Shown: positions 31,398 to 42,011, counted from the first letter of the stretch. The stretch is DNA of 64,000 bases from an uncultured delta proteobacterium (GCA_963729715.1 CAVSPA010000004.1:608001-672000); one strand, 5' to 3'. Notes: generated by a model from the letters alone, not told the origin. Numbers and translations: made by a program.

Positions 31398-32567
31398 ATG
31401 AAACATAATAGAGTCCGATTAACAATTGCGACCATAATATTGCTTCTGTTCTTTCCCTTAGCTGCGAGTGCGCAGCTTATGATCATCGGCAACGACGAGA
31501 AAGTGACATGGGACGACGCCGGAAAGGTTGTGTTCACGGCTCCCGGCAAAGACACGGTCTCCATCGTGGACATCTCCAAGCGGGAATCGCCGCGGATCAT
31601 CGCCAACCTTCCGCTGACCAACTCGGTTTTTGGCCCGCCGACGAACTTGGCCATCACGCCGAATGGGCGGCTGGCCATCGTGGCGAACTCCTTCAACAAC
31701 GTGCCTGATGGCGCAGGATGGAAGTCCGTGCCCGATAACAAGGTTTACGTTATCGATCTTACGACAAGCCCGCCCAGCCACATCGCCACCGTTGAGGTGG
31801 GCAAGCAGCCCTCCGGCCTCGACATCAACCGGGCCGGCAACCTGGCGCTGGTCACCAACCGCGCGGATAACTCCATCAGCGTGCTGTCCATTGAGGGGAA
31901 GGAAGTGAAGCTGGTGGACACGGTGCCCATGGGCGAGCAGGTGGCCGCTGTGGCCTTCACCCCGGACGGGAAGCGCGCTCTGGCGGCGAAGTTCCCCGGA
32001 CACAAAGTGGCGTTGCTGGAGGTAGACGGGCAGAAGGTGACCTACAAGAAGTATGACATGAACGTCGGCCTCTGGCCCTACAACGTCGCCGTCACCCCGA
32101 ACGGCAAACTGGCCATCTCCGCCAACAACGGCAACTCGGGCGCCGCAGACGGACAGGTGGACACCGTAAGCATAATCGACATCGAGGCAACCCCCCCGCG
32201 CGTCATCGACCATGTTGTGGTCGGGGATGCGCCGGAAGGCTTGGTTATCAGCCCCACGGGTAAGATCGCCGTGGCAATCTTAATAGGGGGTGGCAACTCG
32301 GCCAAGACCGCGTGGTTCTACAAACGCAACGGCAGCGTGGCGGTGCTAAAGATCGACGGTAAGAAGGTGACAAAGGTGGGTGAGGTGGAGGTGCGGGGGC
32401 TTCCCGAGGGGGCAGTCTTCAGTCCGGATGGAAAGTACATCTACGTAGGCAACTTCCTTGACAGAGACATCTCCATCCTGAAAGTAGACGGCACGAAGGT
32501 CACGAATACCGGCAAGAGCCTGCAACTGCCTGGCCGCCCAGCATCGATGCGTGGGCCGGTCCGATAG
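31398..32567 (+). CDS. Exported YncE/YVTN-type beta-propeller protein
   Basis: Signal peptide; repeats such as AITPNG, VGKQPSG, AFTPDG, VGDAPEG; GC-richer than its flanks. Confidence 0.85.
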   Translation: MKHNRVRLTIATIILLLFFPLAASAQLMIIGNDEKVTWDDAGKVVFTAPGKDTVSIVDISKRESPRIIANLPLTNSVFGPPTNLAITPNGRLAIVANSFNNVPDGAGWKSVPDNKVYVIDLTTSPPSHIATVEVGKQPSGLDINRAGNLALVTNRADNSISVLSIEGKEVKLVDTVPMGEQVAAVAFTPDGKRALAAKFPGHKVALLEVDGQKVTYKKYDMNVGLWPYNVAVTPNGKLAISANNGNSGAADGQVDTVSIIDIEATPPRVIDHVVVGDAPEGLVISPTGKIAVAILIGGGNSAKTAWFYKRNGSVAVLKIDGKKVTKVGEVEVRGLPEGAVFSPDGKYIYVGNFLDRDISILKVDGTKVTNTGKSLQLPGRPASMRGPVR

Positions 32568-32665
32568 ACTGCCTCTGTGTGGCGGTTCTGAGGCAGAAAA
32601 ATCTGCAGCGGTTTGCCGTGCGAGTTCCGGATTCACATCCGGAAAGGAAAATCACAGAGTAGAAC

Positions 32666-32706
32666 CTCATTGCCGCAGTTGCTGATTACGGCGCTGCGGC
32701 AATGAG
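32666..32706. terminator. Strong stem-loop downstream of the beta-propeller gene
   Basis: CTCATTGCCGCAG/CTGCGGCAATGAG 13-bp inverted repeat; no clear U-tract. Confidence 0.5.
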
Positions 32707-33167
32707 AAACTCTCGGTTAATTTAATGCGCAATGGCTTATCGATCACGCATGAAGACTCTTTGGTGACTTATTTTCGTTGTGATCCTGGTCGTTCCTTAC
32801 GCCCTAGATGTCTGGGATGATTATTGATATATATATGCGTCGTAGCAGCAGCCGTCGCTTTATTGCTGATCACGATATTAGGACGCCATGTCACCCCGAC
32901 CTTCTGATGGCAGGGCTTAAAAAAAAAGACAAGGGCGCCTAGCGGATCTTCCGTTCCACCCGCATATCTTGCTCACTATTTCATTGACGCAGAAGGCTGT
33001 TCTTCATCTATTGTCACTTCAGAGAAGGAAACTTCGATCAAGTCAACCGGCATTTTCGCAGTCTATCATCAGGTTTTTCGTAGACATAAATCATGATATC
33101 CCTGATTGCGTATGAGTACCCATTCTATATTATCGGGATTAGAAAACGATCAGGGAGAAGACAGCCA

Positions 33168-33473
33168 ATGAAGGTCTCTGAATGGTTGGATAAGAAGGAA
33201 GCAGACGGCATTGACGTATCTCAAATCTCATTGCCTGATGACCTGTCTTATGACGAAGTCCCCGACGAAACTATTTTTTTCAAGGAGATTAATCCTCACG
33301 GAGTACAATGTACAGGCAATCATCCGTTTTCTACTGTTGAACGCTTTGGAGACTGGTATTATAGTAGAGGTCAGGACAAAGGAGCCGGCATTCACTCATC
33401 CGAAATGAAATGGAGGCTGTTTACAAAGGATAAAAATCTCGCTGTCAGAATAGCAAAATCGCACATAGAATAA
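33168..33473 (+). CDS. Hypothetical protein
   Basis: GGGAG SD, 101 aa, no recognised motif. Confidence 0.6.
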   Translation: MKVSEWLDKKEADGIDVSQISLPDDLSYDEVPDETIFFKEINPHGVQCTGNHPFSTVERFGDWYYSRGQDKGAGIHSSEMKWRLFTKDKNLAVRIAKSHIE

Positions 33474-33548
33474 ATATTGAGCGTAACCAATTGAAGACGC
33501 AATGCGGGTATAAGCGGATATAGCAAAAGGTGCATGGGAGGTGAACTC

Positions 33549-34070
33549 ATGAGAAATAAGGATTCGCATGAAAAGCATTGGGAATCCGGCCCGATGATGC
33601 CCGTGTCGGAGCGTAAGATGCTACACCACCTTTCCGGCATCAAGGTGGTTAAGAAGGGGACGATACCCGTGGACATTCAGGCAAAAGGCGAAATTTATGA
33701 TTTATCAATTCTCCCCACATTTTCACTATGTGCATGTTATCTCGGATATGCAAATTATAAAATACTGGGGGAAGAAGAGATGGAGATTTCCGTCGGCTTG
33801 ATCTGGGATCTGTTTAACTTCACATCCGGTCTGACCACGGACAGGGAAGTAACGGATCGGCATATGATGATCATTGAGAAGGCTTTCGAGTTGCTTGGCT
33901 TCCATGCGGATCTTTCAGTCAGGGATCAACATGTCGTTGTCATTGACCGCATATCAAAGATTAAGGTCACGGAGAGCAGTAAGACGAAACACATTGGTTT
34001 CAACGCAAAAGGAACAAATCCGGACATTTTCTCACAGATGTTGATGCGCGCTTTACTAAGGAGCCTTTGA
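33549..34070 (+). CDS. Hypothetical protein
   Basis: GGAGGTG SD before MRNKDS; no recognised motif. Confidence 0.6.
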   Translation: MRNKDSHEKHWESGPMMPVSERKMLHHLSGIKVVKKGTIPVDIQAKGEIYDLSILPTFSLCACYLGYANYKILGEEEMEISVGLIWDLFNFTSGLTTDREVTDRHMMIIEKAFELLGFHADLSVRDQHVVVIDRISKIKVTESSKTKHIGFNAKGTNPDIFSQMLMRALLRSL

Positions 34071-34121
34071 AGGCATCATCTATTTGACTATAGGAATTGA
34101 GTGCGGAGAAAGGGGATCACC

Positions 34122-34409
34122 ATGGATGATATGTTCATAAAGAAAGTGCGAACGGCGGCAGTGGCTGGATGGTGGACGTTGTTAATCTTCTATTGTGTCC
34201 TGCTGATTCAGTGGCTCGCTTATATGCTGATCATGACCAGGCAGCCGGCAGGAGTACTTTGCTTTTGGGGTGCAGGCGCTACATGGCCGGAAATTCGTAC
34301 TATCTGGCTGTGGGCAATGGTGGCATTTAAGCTCTGCGTCGGAATGATGCTATTTGTCGTCATCTGGCTGACACTTTGGGCGCGACAGCTTTCACGCCAT
34401 AAGGAATAA
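34122..34409 (+). CDS. Small two-TM membrane protein
   Basis: AAGGGG SD; two hydrophobic helices. Confidence 0.65.
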   Translation: MDDMFIKKVRTAAVAGWWTLLIFYCVLLIQWLAYMLIMTRQPAGVLCFWGAGATWPEIRTIWLWAMVAFKLCVGMMLFVVIWLTLWARQLSRHKE

Positions 34410-34722
34410 GTGCTGCCACCTTTTAGTGTGATGATTATGCGTGGTGATAATGTCCTTCAGGTGATCACTGACACACCATCCGCATCTTACGTTACTATTT
34501 CATTGACACATTAGACCTCTTCTTCTTATACTGAAGTGAAAAGTGAAGTTCCTGTCGATAGATGCGCAGGCCCATTGGTCGAACAGCGACCCCCGGCATC
34601 TTCCGCTTTGAACCTTTTTTATTGGATAGATTATTTAGTCAGTAATGAAAGAGGTTGATATGAAAAATCGACTTATTCTTATCTGTAATCTATTTCCAAT
34701 TAGATGATTGGAGAGTGCGCTT

Positions 34723-35112
34723 ATGAAATGGCTTGAAAAGTACGCGGACCACGCTTACGCCCTGTTGCGCATCATGACGGGATTCATGTTCTCGTTCCAC
34801 GGCGCCCAGAAAATTCTAGGGGTGCTTTCCGAAATGCCACCACCGATGTGGTCCCAACTCTGGTTCGGCGGAATCATCGAACTCTCCTGCGGGCTGACGG
34901 TGCTGCTCGGGTTTAAGACGCGCGCGGCGGCTTTTCTCTGCAGCGGCACGATGGCCGTGGCTTATTTTCAATTCCACTGGAAGTTCCAAATGGGAGCCAA
35001 CCTCTTTCCGGCAATCAACAAAGGCGAGTTGGCTGTCCTCTACAGTTTCGTTTTCCTCTTCATTGCCTGCCGGGGCGGGGTGAAATGGTGCCTCGATAAA
35101 AAAGGCCGATAA
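34723..35112 (+). CDS. DoxX-family membrane protein
   Basis: LLRIMTGFMFSFHGAQK, TRAAAF..SGTMAVAYF, NKGELAVLY. Confidence 0.9.
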   Translation: MKWLEKYADHAYALLRIMTGFMFSFHGAQKILGVLSEMPPPMWSQLWFGGIIELSCGLTVLLGFKTRAAAFLCSGTMAVAYFQFHWKFQMGANLFPAINKGELAVLYSFVFLFIACRGGVKWCLDKKGR

Positions 35113-35250
35113 CTTATAAAGACAGCTCACCCCACAGGAGCTGCGGCAGGCTCCATCCAGTTCTTCCGTGGATATGTACTGATTGTTGAGATCCATGAGA
35201 GAAAGCAAGACACATGACATTATCACAAATAAACGTTAGGAGAATGTTTC

Positions 35251-35580
35251 ATGTTTCAAAATGTTCCGATAGCAGAGAAAGAATTGATTTATATGGGGCT
35301 GAAAAAATTAATTTCTGCAAATACCGGGCAGGGTTTTCGTAATGGAGATCAGGGACATCAAGTCTATGTCTTGGGCAGCAAGGGTAATTTGCCTGAAGAT
35401 GATCCTGATTTTCCCGGGAAGCATGCGCTATTCAAGATGCTGAGAGAACTGAGCGACGATTTTAAGGCTAAGGGTCATACGGGTGAGGCATGGTGGTATG
35501 ACTTTTCCTCATGGGGAAATTTCTGCAAATTTGGATTGCAAAGTTTCAAAAAATGTGAAGGCAAGAGATCGGGTGTCTGA
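35251..35580 (+). CDS. Hypothetical protein
   Basis: AGGAGA SD, 109 aa; no recognised motif. Confidence 0.55.
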   Translation: MFQNVPIAEKELIYMGLKKLISANTGQGFRNGDQGHQVYVLGSKGNLPEDDPDFPGKHALFKMLRELSDDFKAKGHTGEAWWYDFSSWGNFCKFGLQSFKKCEGKRSGV

Positions 35581-36182
35581 ATGGTCGGAGTGAGGTACTG
35601 AGAGAAAAGCTGGTAGCCTTGAATACGGTTCCAGTTCCCGTGTGATGTGACAGGTAAGTCTACCTGTGCATGCCACAAAGCAGAAAAGCAGACACGGATA
35701 TGAGTTGACAGCGCCTGAAATCCTTTCATGTTACGGCCGGTGACGATTTCCTAATATTTTTTTGTCAAAGAGCGCTTATGTTACAAAGTGCCTAATCTAT
35801 TACGACACAGTCTCATGGTCGAGAATGAAAGGCATCCATGGGCCATACGAATCTTTGGCAGACTACGAGAGATTCTTGTCTTCTTTGACTATGGGAGGGT
35901 TTGAATTGGAATATGCTATGTACCGCGATTTTTGACGAGTAGTTTCCGGAGCTTTAACGTCAGAACTGATCATGGTTACGCTCAAGATCAACATCTTTGC
36001 ATTTTTTAGGATTTGCTCGTATTTGATTTCCCCCCATTCTCACAAGATTCTCGTTGCACATCAAAATCAGGAAGGTGTGCAAACCTCTTCCCGGACAACT
36101 GGTAATGTTTGAAATATCTCTTTGCCTATTAACCTAAAAGAATGTCTTGACAAACAACAAAGAGAGAGTACGTACTATAGTA

Positions 36183-36201
36183 ATCTGGAATGGTTCCAGA
36201 T
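36183..36201. promoter_or_regulatory. Palindromic Fur/PerR-like operator
   Basis: ATCTGGAATGGTTCCAGAT just upstream of the regulator ATG; repeated as CTGGAATGGTTCCAGAT at about 36686-36702. Confidence 0.7.
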
Positions 36202-36209
36202 AAAATATA

Positions 36210-36649
36210 ATGACAAAAGATTCAATCATTCACAAATTGAAAGAGCGAGGATTGAGAATCACACCTCAAAGACTTGCTATCATTGACGTTTTACTCGAGA
36301 AGGGGCATCTTCATCCGGGTGCACGCTTCATATACAAGGAAGCAAGAAAGAGGAGCAGAAGCCTGAGCCTATCTAGAACCTATGCGACCATCAGTGAATT
36401 TTCATGGCATGGCATCATCAAAACTCTTCAGTTTGATGGGGTGGAGAACCGTTGCAAGGCGGATCTTAACGAGCACATCAATCTGATCTGTGAAAGATGC
36501 GGGAAGATCATCGATTACAAGATCCCCCCCTCTGTTGACCAGAATGAAATGAGAAGGAAAATGGTTTTATAATCACTAGCAATAGATTGGAGTATTACGG
36601 ATACTGCCGAGACTGCAGGCAAGATAAGAAACACCGCCGGATTTCGTGA
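36210..36649 (+). pseudogene. Fur/PerR-family regulator, frameshifted near the 3' end
   Basis: GLRITPQRLAII, HP, HINLICERCGKIID. One extra A at 36558-36561 restores RKNGFIITSNRLEYYGYCRDC with the second CxxC. Confidence 0.82.
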
Positions 36650-36748
36650 CAAGGGTTGTGTTTTCATTTTTTTTGGAATTACAACCTGGAATGGTTCCAG
36701 ATTTCTTAGAAACAAGATTAATCAAGCTCTAAAATGATTTGAAATTAG

Positions 36749-36892
36749 AATGAAGTATTCAAAAAGAATGCCCCAGTGAAATGGCACTGTATTAATTGTG
36801 GTTACATTTTCGACGGCTCCGCTGCTCCATCTGAATGCCCGGCGTGCAAACATCCTCAATCCTATTATGAAGTGCTAGCGGAGAATTACTAG
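36749..36892 (+). pseudogene. C-terminal rubredoxin-like domain of rubrerythrin; diiron domain absent
   Basis: Hand translation NEVFKKNAPVKWHCINCGYIFDGSAAPSECPACKHPQSYYEVLAENY*; in-frame stop immediately upstream. Confidence 0.85.
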
Positions 36893-37151
36893 CCGGTGTC
36901 TATCAATACGTTGGAAATATTCGGAACAATAATCGGCCAACGCAACTGATGCGGGGCATTAGATACGCTGTCAACTGGCAATCATTGATGCCCGATGATG
37001 CGGACAAGGCACCCTTTGCAGGTATTTATCTTGACTTGAATTGAGAATAGGTTTAGGGGCATGTTCGACAGTAAAAAGTTTGTACATGCCCCGTATTTTT
37101 GTGTTGCTAAGCTACAGACCACCCAATGAACAAAATACATGGACAAAACTG

Positions 37152-37829
37152 ATGAATAAACGCCTCATCCTCAAGATTTCTTTTATCATCTTAATTCTTA
37201 TCCTAGGAATTAAACTATACTTTAACTATCATTATTATGATTATTTTATATATTATAATGAAAAACTTGTCGCTTTCATCGAATCTTTTCATCCTTACGA
37301 TGATCTCGTCTTCATTGTTATTCAAATCTTTCAGGTATTAGTCGCGGGAGCAATTCCTGCAGAAATTTCTGGATTCGTTGGCGGCTATCTCTATGGCCCC
37401 GTCGTAGGAACAATTTATTCGACAATTGGTCTCAGCATTGGTTCATGGTTGGCCTTTATTCTTTCAAGGGCATACGGTTTGCCACTTGTAAGAAGGCTGG
37501 TAAAGCCCTCGCTTATAAAAAAGTACGATCACTTCATAGAGGCGCGAGGCCCTCTGGTTTGCTTTATTCTTTTTCTGATTCCCGGGTTCCCCAAGGCTGC
37601 TCTTTGTTACATAATAGGTTTGAGCCAGATGAATATCTGGACGTTTATAGGCGTTTCGACTGTTGGCCGGTTATTCGGCACTATTTTGCTTTCAGTAAGT
37701 GGAGATAGTGTGAGAACCATGAGAATTACCGTAATTCTCATAATCTTGGGACTCGTATCTGCCTTTTATTTATTGGTTTACATATATCGACACAAATTGC
37801 TGGAAATGACGAGAAAACAAGAAAAATAG
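37152..37829 (+). CDS. TVP38/TMEM64 (DedA/VTT) membrane protein
   Basis: IPAEISGFVGGYLYG, FLIPGFPK, GRLFG. Confidence 0.88.
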   Translation: MNKRLILKISFIILILILGIKLYFNYHYYDYFIYYNEKLVAFIESFHPYDDLVFIVIQIFQVLVAGAIPAEISGFVGGYLYGPVVGTIYSTIGLSIGSWLAFILSRAYGLPLVRRLVKPSLIKKYDHFIEARGPLVCFILFLIPGFPKAALCYIIGLSQMNIWTFIGVSTVGRLFGTILLSVSGDSVRTMRITVILIILGLVSAFYLLVYIYRHKLLEMTRKQEK

Positions 37830-37998
37830 AGAATTTGAAATTTTTCTCATACAGCCAATGAAGAAATAAGATTTTAGAACATCTTCTTTGATAGAGAGAC
37901 TCTTGTTTTCTACCTTCCAATACAACGTTTCAATCGGAGATAAAAGAAGCCCCGTAAATAATTACAAAAGAATCAAGGGGGACGACCTCAGCGGTAAC

Positions 37999-38853
37999 AT
38001 GAAACGTAACATAGCACTATTCGGAGTAACAATCGCTTTACTTTGTTTGATTTTCTTTTTTGGGGATATTGCTTCAGCGGAAGTCGGTAAGAAACCCGGA
38101 GAATTTCAGAAATTCGCATCTGACCTTAGAAGGCATTTCGAAAATCTCGGCTGGAACGATTTGGGTACCGAGAAACTCGATTGGGAATATTATCGAAAAT
38201 CTGGGGGTAACAAGCCACTCGTCTTTACTACGTTCGGAAAAAAATCGGGACAGATCGTGCTCTTCTTGGGAGGTGTACACGGAGATGAAAGTCCTCCCGT
38301 TTACATCTTGTTCAGGCTCGCGCAATTCCTTAAGGAGAACCCGGAACTATATCGAGATAAAATGATCATTGTAGCACCCCTTATCAATCCCGATGGCTTC
38401 TTTTCAAAACCTCAAAAAAGAACTAATGGCCGAGGAGTGGACGTCAATAGGAATTTCCCGACGAAAGATTGGAAGCAGGGTAAAAAGGGTAGATACTATT
38501 CGGGGCCCGATGCAAATAGTGAGAGTGAGACAAAGTTCCAGATTGCCCTCATCAACAGGTTCAAGCCCACCCATATTATCAGTATTCATTCTCCACTCGG
38601 GTGTTACGATTATGACGGTCCATCATCTGATTTTGATTCTATAGTGATCTGGATGAAAAAGGTCAGCAGAGAAAATGGCCTGCCTTTCCGTAGGTATCAG
38701 GTTTTTCCGGGCTCGCTCGGCAATTACGCGGGGATGGAGAGGAGAATTCACACCCTTACTTTGGAGTTGCCTTCGTCCGCACCTCAGAAAGGGGCTGAAT
38801 ATTTCGATCAGTTCAAGAGCATGTTTCTGGACATCTTGGACTTGAATCCATGA
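37999..38853 (+). CDS. M14 zinc carboxypeptidase, murein peptide amidase (MpaA-like)
   Basis: GGVHGDE, NPDG, RTNGRGVDVNRNF, ISIHSP, PGSLG, TLELP; N-terminal signal. Confidence 0.88.
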   Translation: MKRNIALFGVTIALLCLIFFFGDIASAEVGKKPGEFQKFASDLRRHFENLGWNDLGTEKLDWEYYRKSGGNKPLVFTTFGKKSGQIVLFLGGVHGDESPPVYILFRLAQFLKENPELYRDKMIIVAPLINPDGFFSKPQKRTNGRGVDVNRNFPTKDWKQGKKGRYYSGPDANSESETKFQIALINRFKPTHIISIHSPLGCYDYDGPSSDFDSIVIWMKKVSRENGLPFRRYQVFPGSLGNYAGMERRIHTLTLELPSSAPQKGAEYFDQFKSMFLDILDLNP

Positions 38854-39477
38854 AATCCTGCATTCTCCCAGGCCAGACTTAATCTGGCGGCTGTTGTCAA
38901 GTTTAGTGCTGCATAGCTGTAAGCATCAATCTGCCACTTTTTGTTTCCGTAGTAGAGTTCTCCTGTACTCGTTAATTCGCATTGTTTGCAAAAAGAACAC
39001 ACTTTCTCCTGAAAATTAATTATCCAAATAGTACCTCCTCTTTACATGTGGAGCAGCCAGTTGAGGTTTTAAAAATTTCTCCTGCGTGCTCTATGGCAAC
39101 ATTGGTTTGTTCTTATAACTGGCTTAGGTCAGTTTCAAATCCGGGGTCTTAAACCACCAGTAAGGTTCGACCTTTGTTCCACGGTATTCAAACTATGCCA
39201 TCTAATAAACGAACAGAGACCTCGGATGCAACCATAATTTTCATTCTTTTTTGTGCCGACTGGTCGGCATGGGGGTTTCAATGAGTATTCCGACGCAAGC
39301 CGCCACCCGAATATGATTGAAAGCGCCACCCTAATATGATTCATTCCGCCACCCGAATATGACGGAAAGCGCCACCCGATTCCGATCCAATCCGCCACCC
39401 CTGATGAAGGGATAAACGACGCTGGATAAATCCGATGAAAGCCGTTAGGACTCCTGACAAAAACCCAGGAGGACACC

Positions 39478-41040
39478 GTGGCGGCAGAAAGGTTATCCAT
39501 GCGCACCATAAAAGAAGTTCTACGATTGAAGTGGGAGAAAAAGTTCTCCAACCAGCAGATTTCACAAAGCTGCAATATCGCCCGGAGCACAATCAGGGGA
39601 TACTTGGCACGCGCTCAAAACGCCGGTCTGAGTTGGCCTCTGAGCCCCGATCTCGATGACGGCTCCCTTGAAGCGCTGATGTTTCCGCCAGCACCAACAA
39701 AAGCCCCTGACAAGGGAGGACTACCCGCAATGGAGTACCTCCGTAAGGAGCTGAACCGCAAGGGGGTAACCCTATATCTTCTGTGGCTGGAATATAGAGC
39801 AGCCAACCCGGATGGGTATCAATACAGTCAGTTCTGTCTCCTTTATCGCCAGTGGACGGGCAAGCTGGATGTTTGCCTGCGCCAGACCCATCGGGCCGGG
39901 GAAAAGGTCTTTGTTGACTATGCCGGTCAGACGATCCCTGTTACGGATCCGGTTTCCGGGCAAATAAAAGAGGCGCATCTTTTTATCGCCGCCTTGGGCG
40001 CCAGCAGCTACACGTTTGCGTGGGCCTCTTTCTCGCAGGATCTTCCTTCCTGGGTCGATGCCCATATCCGGGCATTTAACTTCTTCGAGGGCGTCCCGGA
40101 GATCCTTGTTCCCGACAATCTCAAATCCGGCGTGAACAAACCCTGCACCTACGAACCGGACATCAATCCGACCTATCATGATCTGGCGGAACATTATGGA
40201 GCGGTAGTCATTCCCACCCGCATCGCCAAACCGAAGGACAAGGCCAAAGCAGAATCGGCGGTTTTTGTGGCGGAACGGTGGATCTTGGCGGCGCTTCGGA
40301 ACCACACTTTCTTCGGCATCGTGGAACTGAACCGGGCTATTGCCGAAAAGCTTCAGGACATGAACAGCCGCAAGTTCCAAAAGATGGACGGCACCCGGAG
40401 GAGTCTTTACGAAACCATTGACCGGCCAGCTTTGAAACCGCTGCCTTCTTCTCCTTATGAATATGCCGAATGGAAGAAGGCGAGAGTCAACATCGATTAC
40501 CACATCGAGATCGACGGTCACTATTACAGTGTTCCCTATCAACTTGTAAAAGAACAGGTGGAGGTCCGCTTCACGGCGACCACCATCGAGGCGTTGTTCA
40601 AAAACCGTCGCGTCGCAACCCATCCGAGAAGTTACCACAGAGGTGCGCACACAACGCTGGCAGAACATATGCCCAAGGCACACCAAAAATATTTAGAATG
40701 GACTCCTTCCCGGATCATGGACTGGGCAGGTAAAAACGGTCCCAACACCCGTAATCTGGCTTCCTGCATCATGGAGAACCGTAAACATCCGGAGCAGGGT
40801 TTCCGCTCCTGTCTGGGCATCATGAGGCTGGTAAAGCGATACTCATCCGAGCGGGTGGAGGCAGCCTGTGGACGTTCCCTGCTGCTGAGGGCCTACAGTT
40901 ACAAGAGCGTCGAATCGATCCTGAAAACCAACCTTGACAAACAGGAGTTGCCGGAATCCCTCTCTTCCGAAAAACCGATCCTCCATTACAACATCCGGGG
41001 AAGGGAATATTACCAGCAAGAGGAGGCTGTCGATGCTTGA
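39478..41040 (+). CDS. istA: IS21 transposase
   Basis: N-terminal HTH; VDYAG, PDNLKSGV, KPKDKAKAE DDE core. Confidence 0.95.
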   Translation: MAAERLSMRTIKEVLRLKWEKKFSNQQISQSCNIARSTIRGYLARAQNAGLSWPLSPDLDDGSLEALMFPPAPTKAPDKGGLPAMEYLRKELNRKGVTLYLLWLEYRAANPDGYQYSQFCLLYRQWTGKLDVCLRQTHRAGEKVFVDYAGQTIPVTDPVSGQIKEAHLFIAALGASSYTFAWASFSQDLPSWVDAHIRAFNFFEGVPEILVPDNLKSGVNKPCTYEPDINPTYHDLAEHYGAVVIPTRIAKPKDKAKAESAVFVAERWILAALRNHTFFGIVELNRAIAEKLQDMNSRKFQKMDGTRRSLYETIDRPALKPLPSSPYEYAEWKKARVNIDYHIEIDGHYYSVPYQLVKEQVEVRFTATTIEALFKNRRVATHPRSYHRGAHTTLAEHMPKAHQKYLEWTPSRIMDWAGKNGPNTRNLASCIMENRKHPEQGFRSCLGIMRLVKRYSSERVEAACGRSLLLRAYSYKSVESILKTNLDKQELPESLSSEKPILHYNIRGREYYQQEEAVDA

Positions 41041-41776
41041 TCAACAGACCATAAACAAACTTTATGAACTGAAACTGACGGGCATGGCGGAGGCCTTCGC
41101 CGATCAGCAAAACCAGCCGGATATGGATAAGCTCTCCTTCGCAGAACGTTTCGGTCTTATTGTAGATCGTCAATGGACCTGGAAAGAAAACAACCGATTG
41201 GAACGATATCTGAAAAATGCCCGGATGAAACTCAATGCCTGCATTGAGGATATCGACTATAAAACCCCGCGGGGACTCGATCGCTCAGTTATGATGAGCC
41301 TCAGCTCCTGCGATTGGGTCAAACGACACCACAACATTATTATCACCGGCCCCACCGGTGCGGGAAAAACCTTCCTCGCCTGCGCTCTGACCAACAAGGC
41401 TTGTCGGGAAGGATACCGTGCTCTCTACGTCCGATCCCCCGCGTTCTCATACCAGATGGTCCTGGCCAGGGGAGACGGAAGCTACGGCAAGACCATCAAC
41501 AAACTCGCCAAGGCCCATGTCCTGGTGATTGACGATCTCGGCCTTGCTCCCATGACCGATGCCGAACGAAGAGACCTCCTGGAGGTCGTTGAGGAAAGAC
41601 ATGGCCACGCCTCTACTATCGTCGCCAGTCAACTCCCCGTGGAGCACTGGCATGAACAGATCGGCGATCCCACCATCGCCGATGCTATCCTTGACCGGTT
41701 GATCCATAACGCCCATAAAATAAACCTGTCCATGAAAGGAGGCTCCCTGAGAAAAAAATATGCCGGCTTGACCTGA
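41033..41776 (+). CDS. istB: IS21 helper AAA+ ATPase
   Basis: GPTGAGKT Walker A, LVIDDLG Walker B, ADAILDRLIHNAH; overlaps the istA stop. Confidence 0.95.
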   Translation: MLDQQTINKLYELKLTGMAEAFADQQNQPDMDKLSFAERFGLIVDRQWTWKENNRLERYLKNARMKLNACIEDIDYKTPRGLDRSVMMSLSSCDWVKRHHNIIITGPTGAGKTFLACALTNKACREGYRALYVRSPAFSYQMVLARGDGSYGKTINKLAKAHVLVIDDLGLAPMTDAERRDLLEVVEERHGHASTIVASQLPVEHWHEQIGDPTIADAILDRLIHNAHKINLSMKGGSLRKKYAGLT

Positions 41777-42011
41777 AAAAGCTTCTATGAGAAAGAGCTA
41801 AAAACCAGCGTCGCTATGCTCCGACAAGGGGTGGCGGAATCAACCGGAACACCCTGGCGCTTTGAATCGGAACAGGGTGGCCGCTTCCTTCGGAATCGAG
41901 TGGCGGAATCATCGGAATAGGCATTTCAAATGGAAATCACCAGAGTTATGTTGAGGTTCTTTTAAGGTATCCGCTTGACAAGATAACCTGAATTTGTTTG
42001 ACTGCAAGAAA

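Larger units (their letters stand above)
39282..41923 (+). mobile_element. Complete IS21-family insertion sequence
   Basis: Terminal IRs TGAGTATTCCGACG / CATCGGAATAGGCA (TG...CA); 6-bp target duplication TTTCAA at 39276-39281 and 41924-41929; GCCACCC subterminal repeats at both ends. Confidence 0.95.

Noticed and set aside
32941..32980. Possible integrase fragment (LPFHPHIL)
   Set aside because: Too short and not extendable; better explained as part of the repeated promoter module.
33474..35250. Integron attC array between the small genes
   Set aside because: No complementary RYYYAAC/GTTRRRY pairs with a foldable stem were found, and no integrase is in the window.
39296..39403. Tandem ~22-bp GCCACCC repeats, superficially CRISPR-like
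   Set aside because: No unique spacers and no cas genes; mirrored at the other IS end (about 41828-41906), as expected for IS21 transposase-binding repeats.
39772..40686. 304-aa antisense ORF within istA, and similar long antisense ORFs (31458-32213, 17768-18367, 58569-59150)
   Set aside because: Shadow frames of well-supported genes with no independent motifs.
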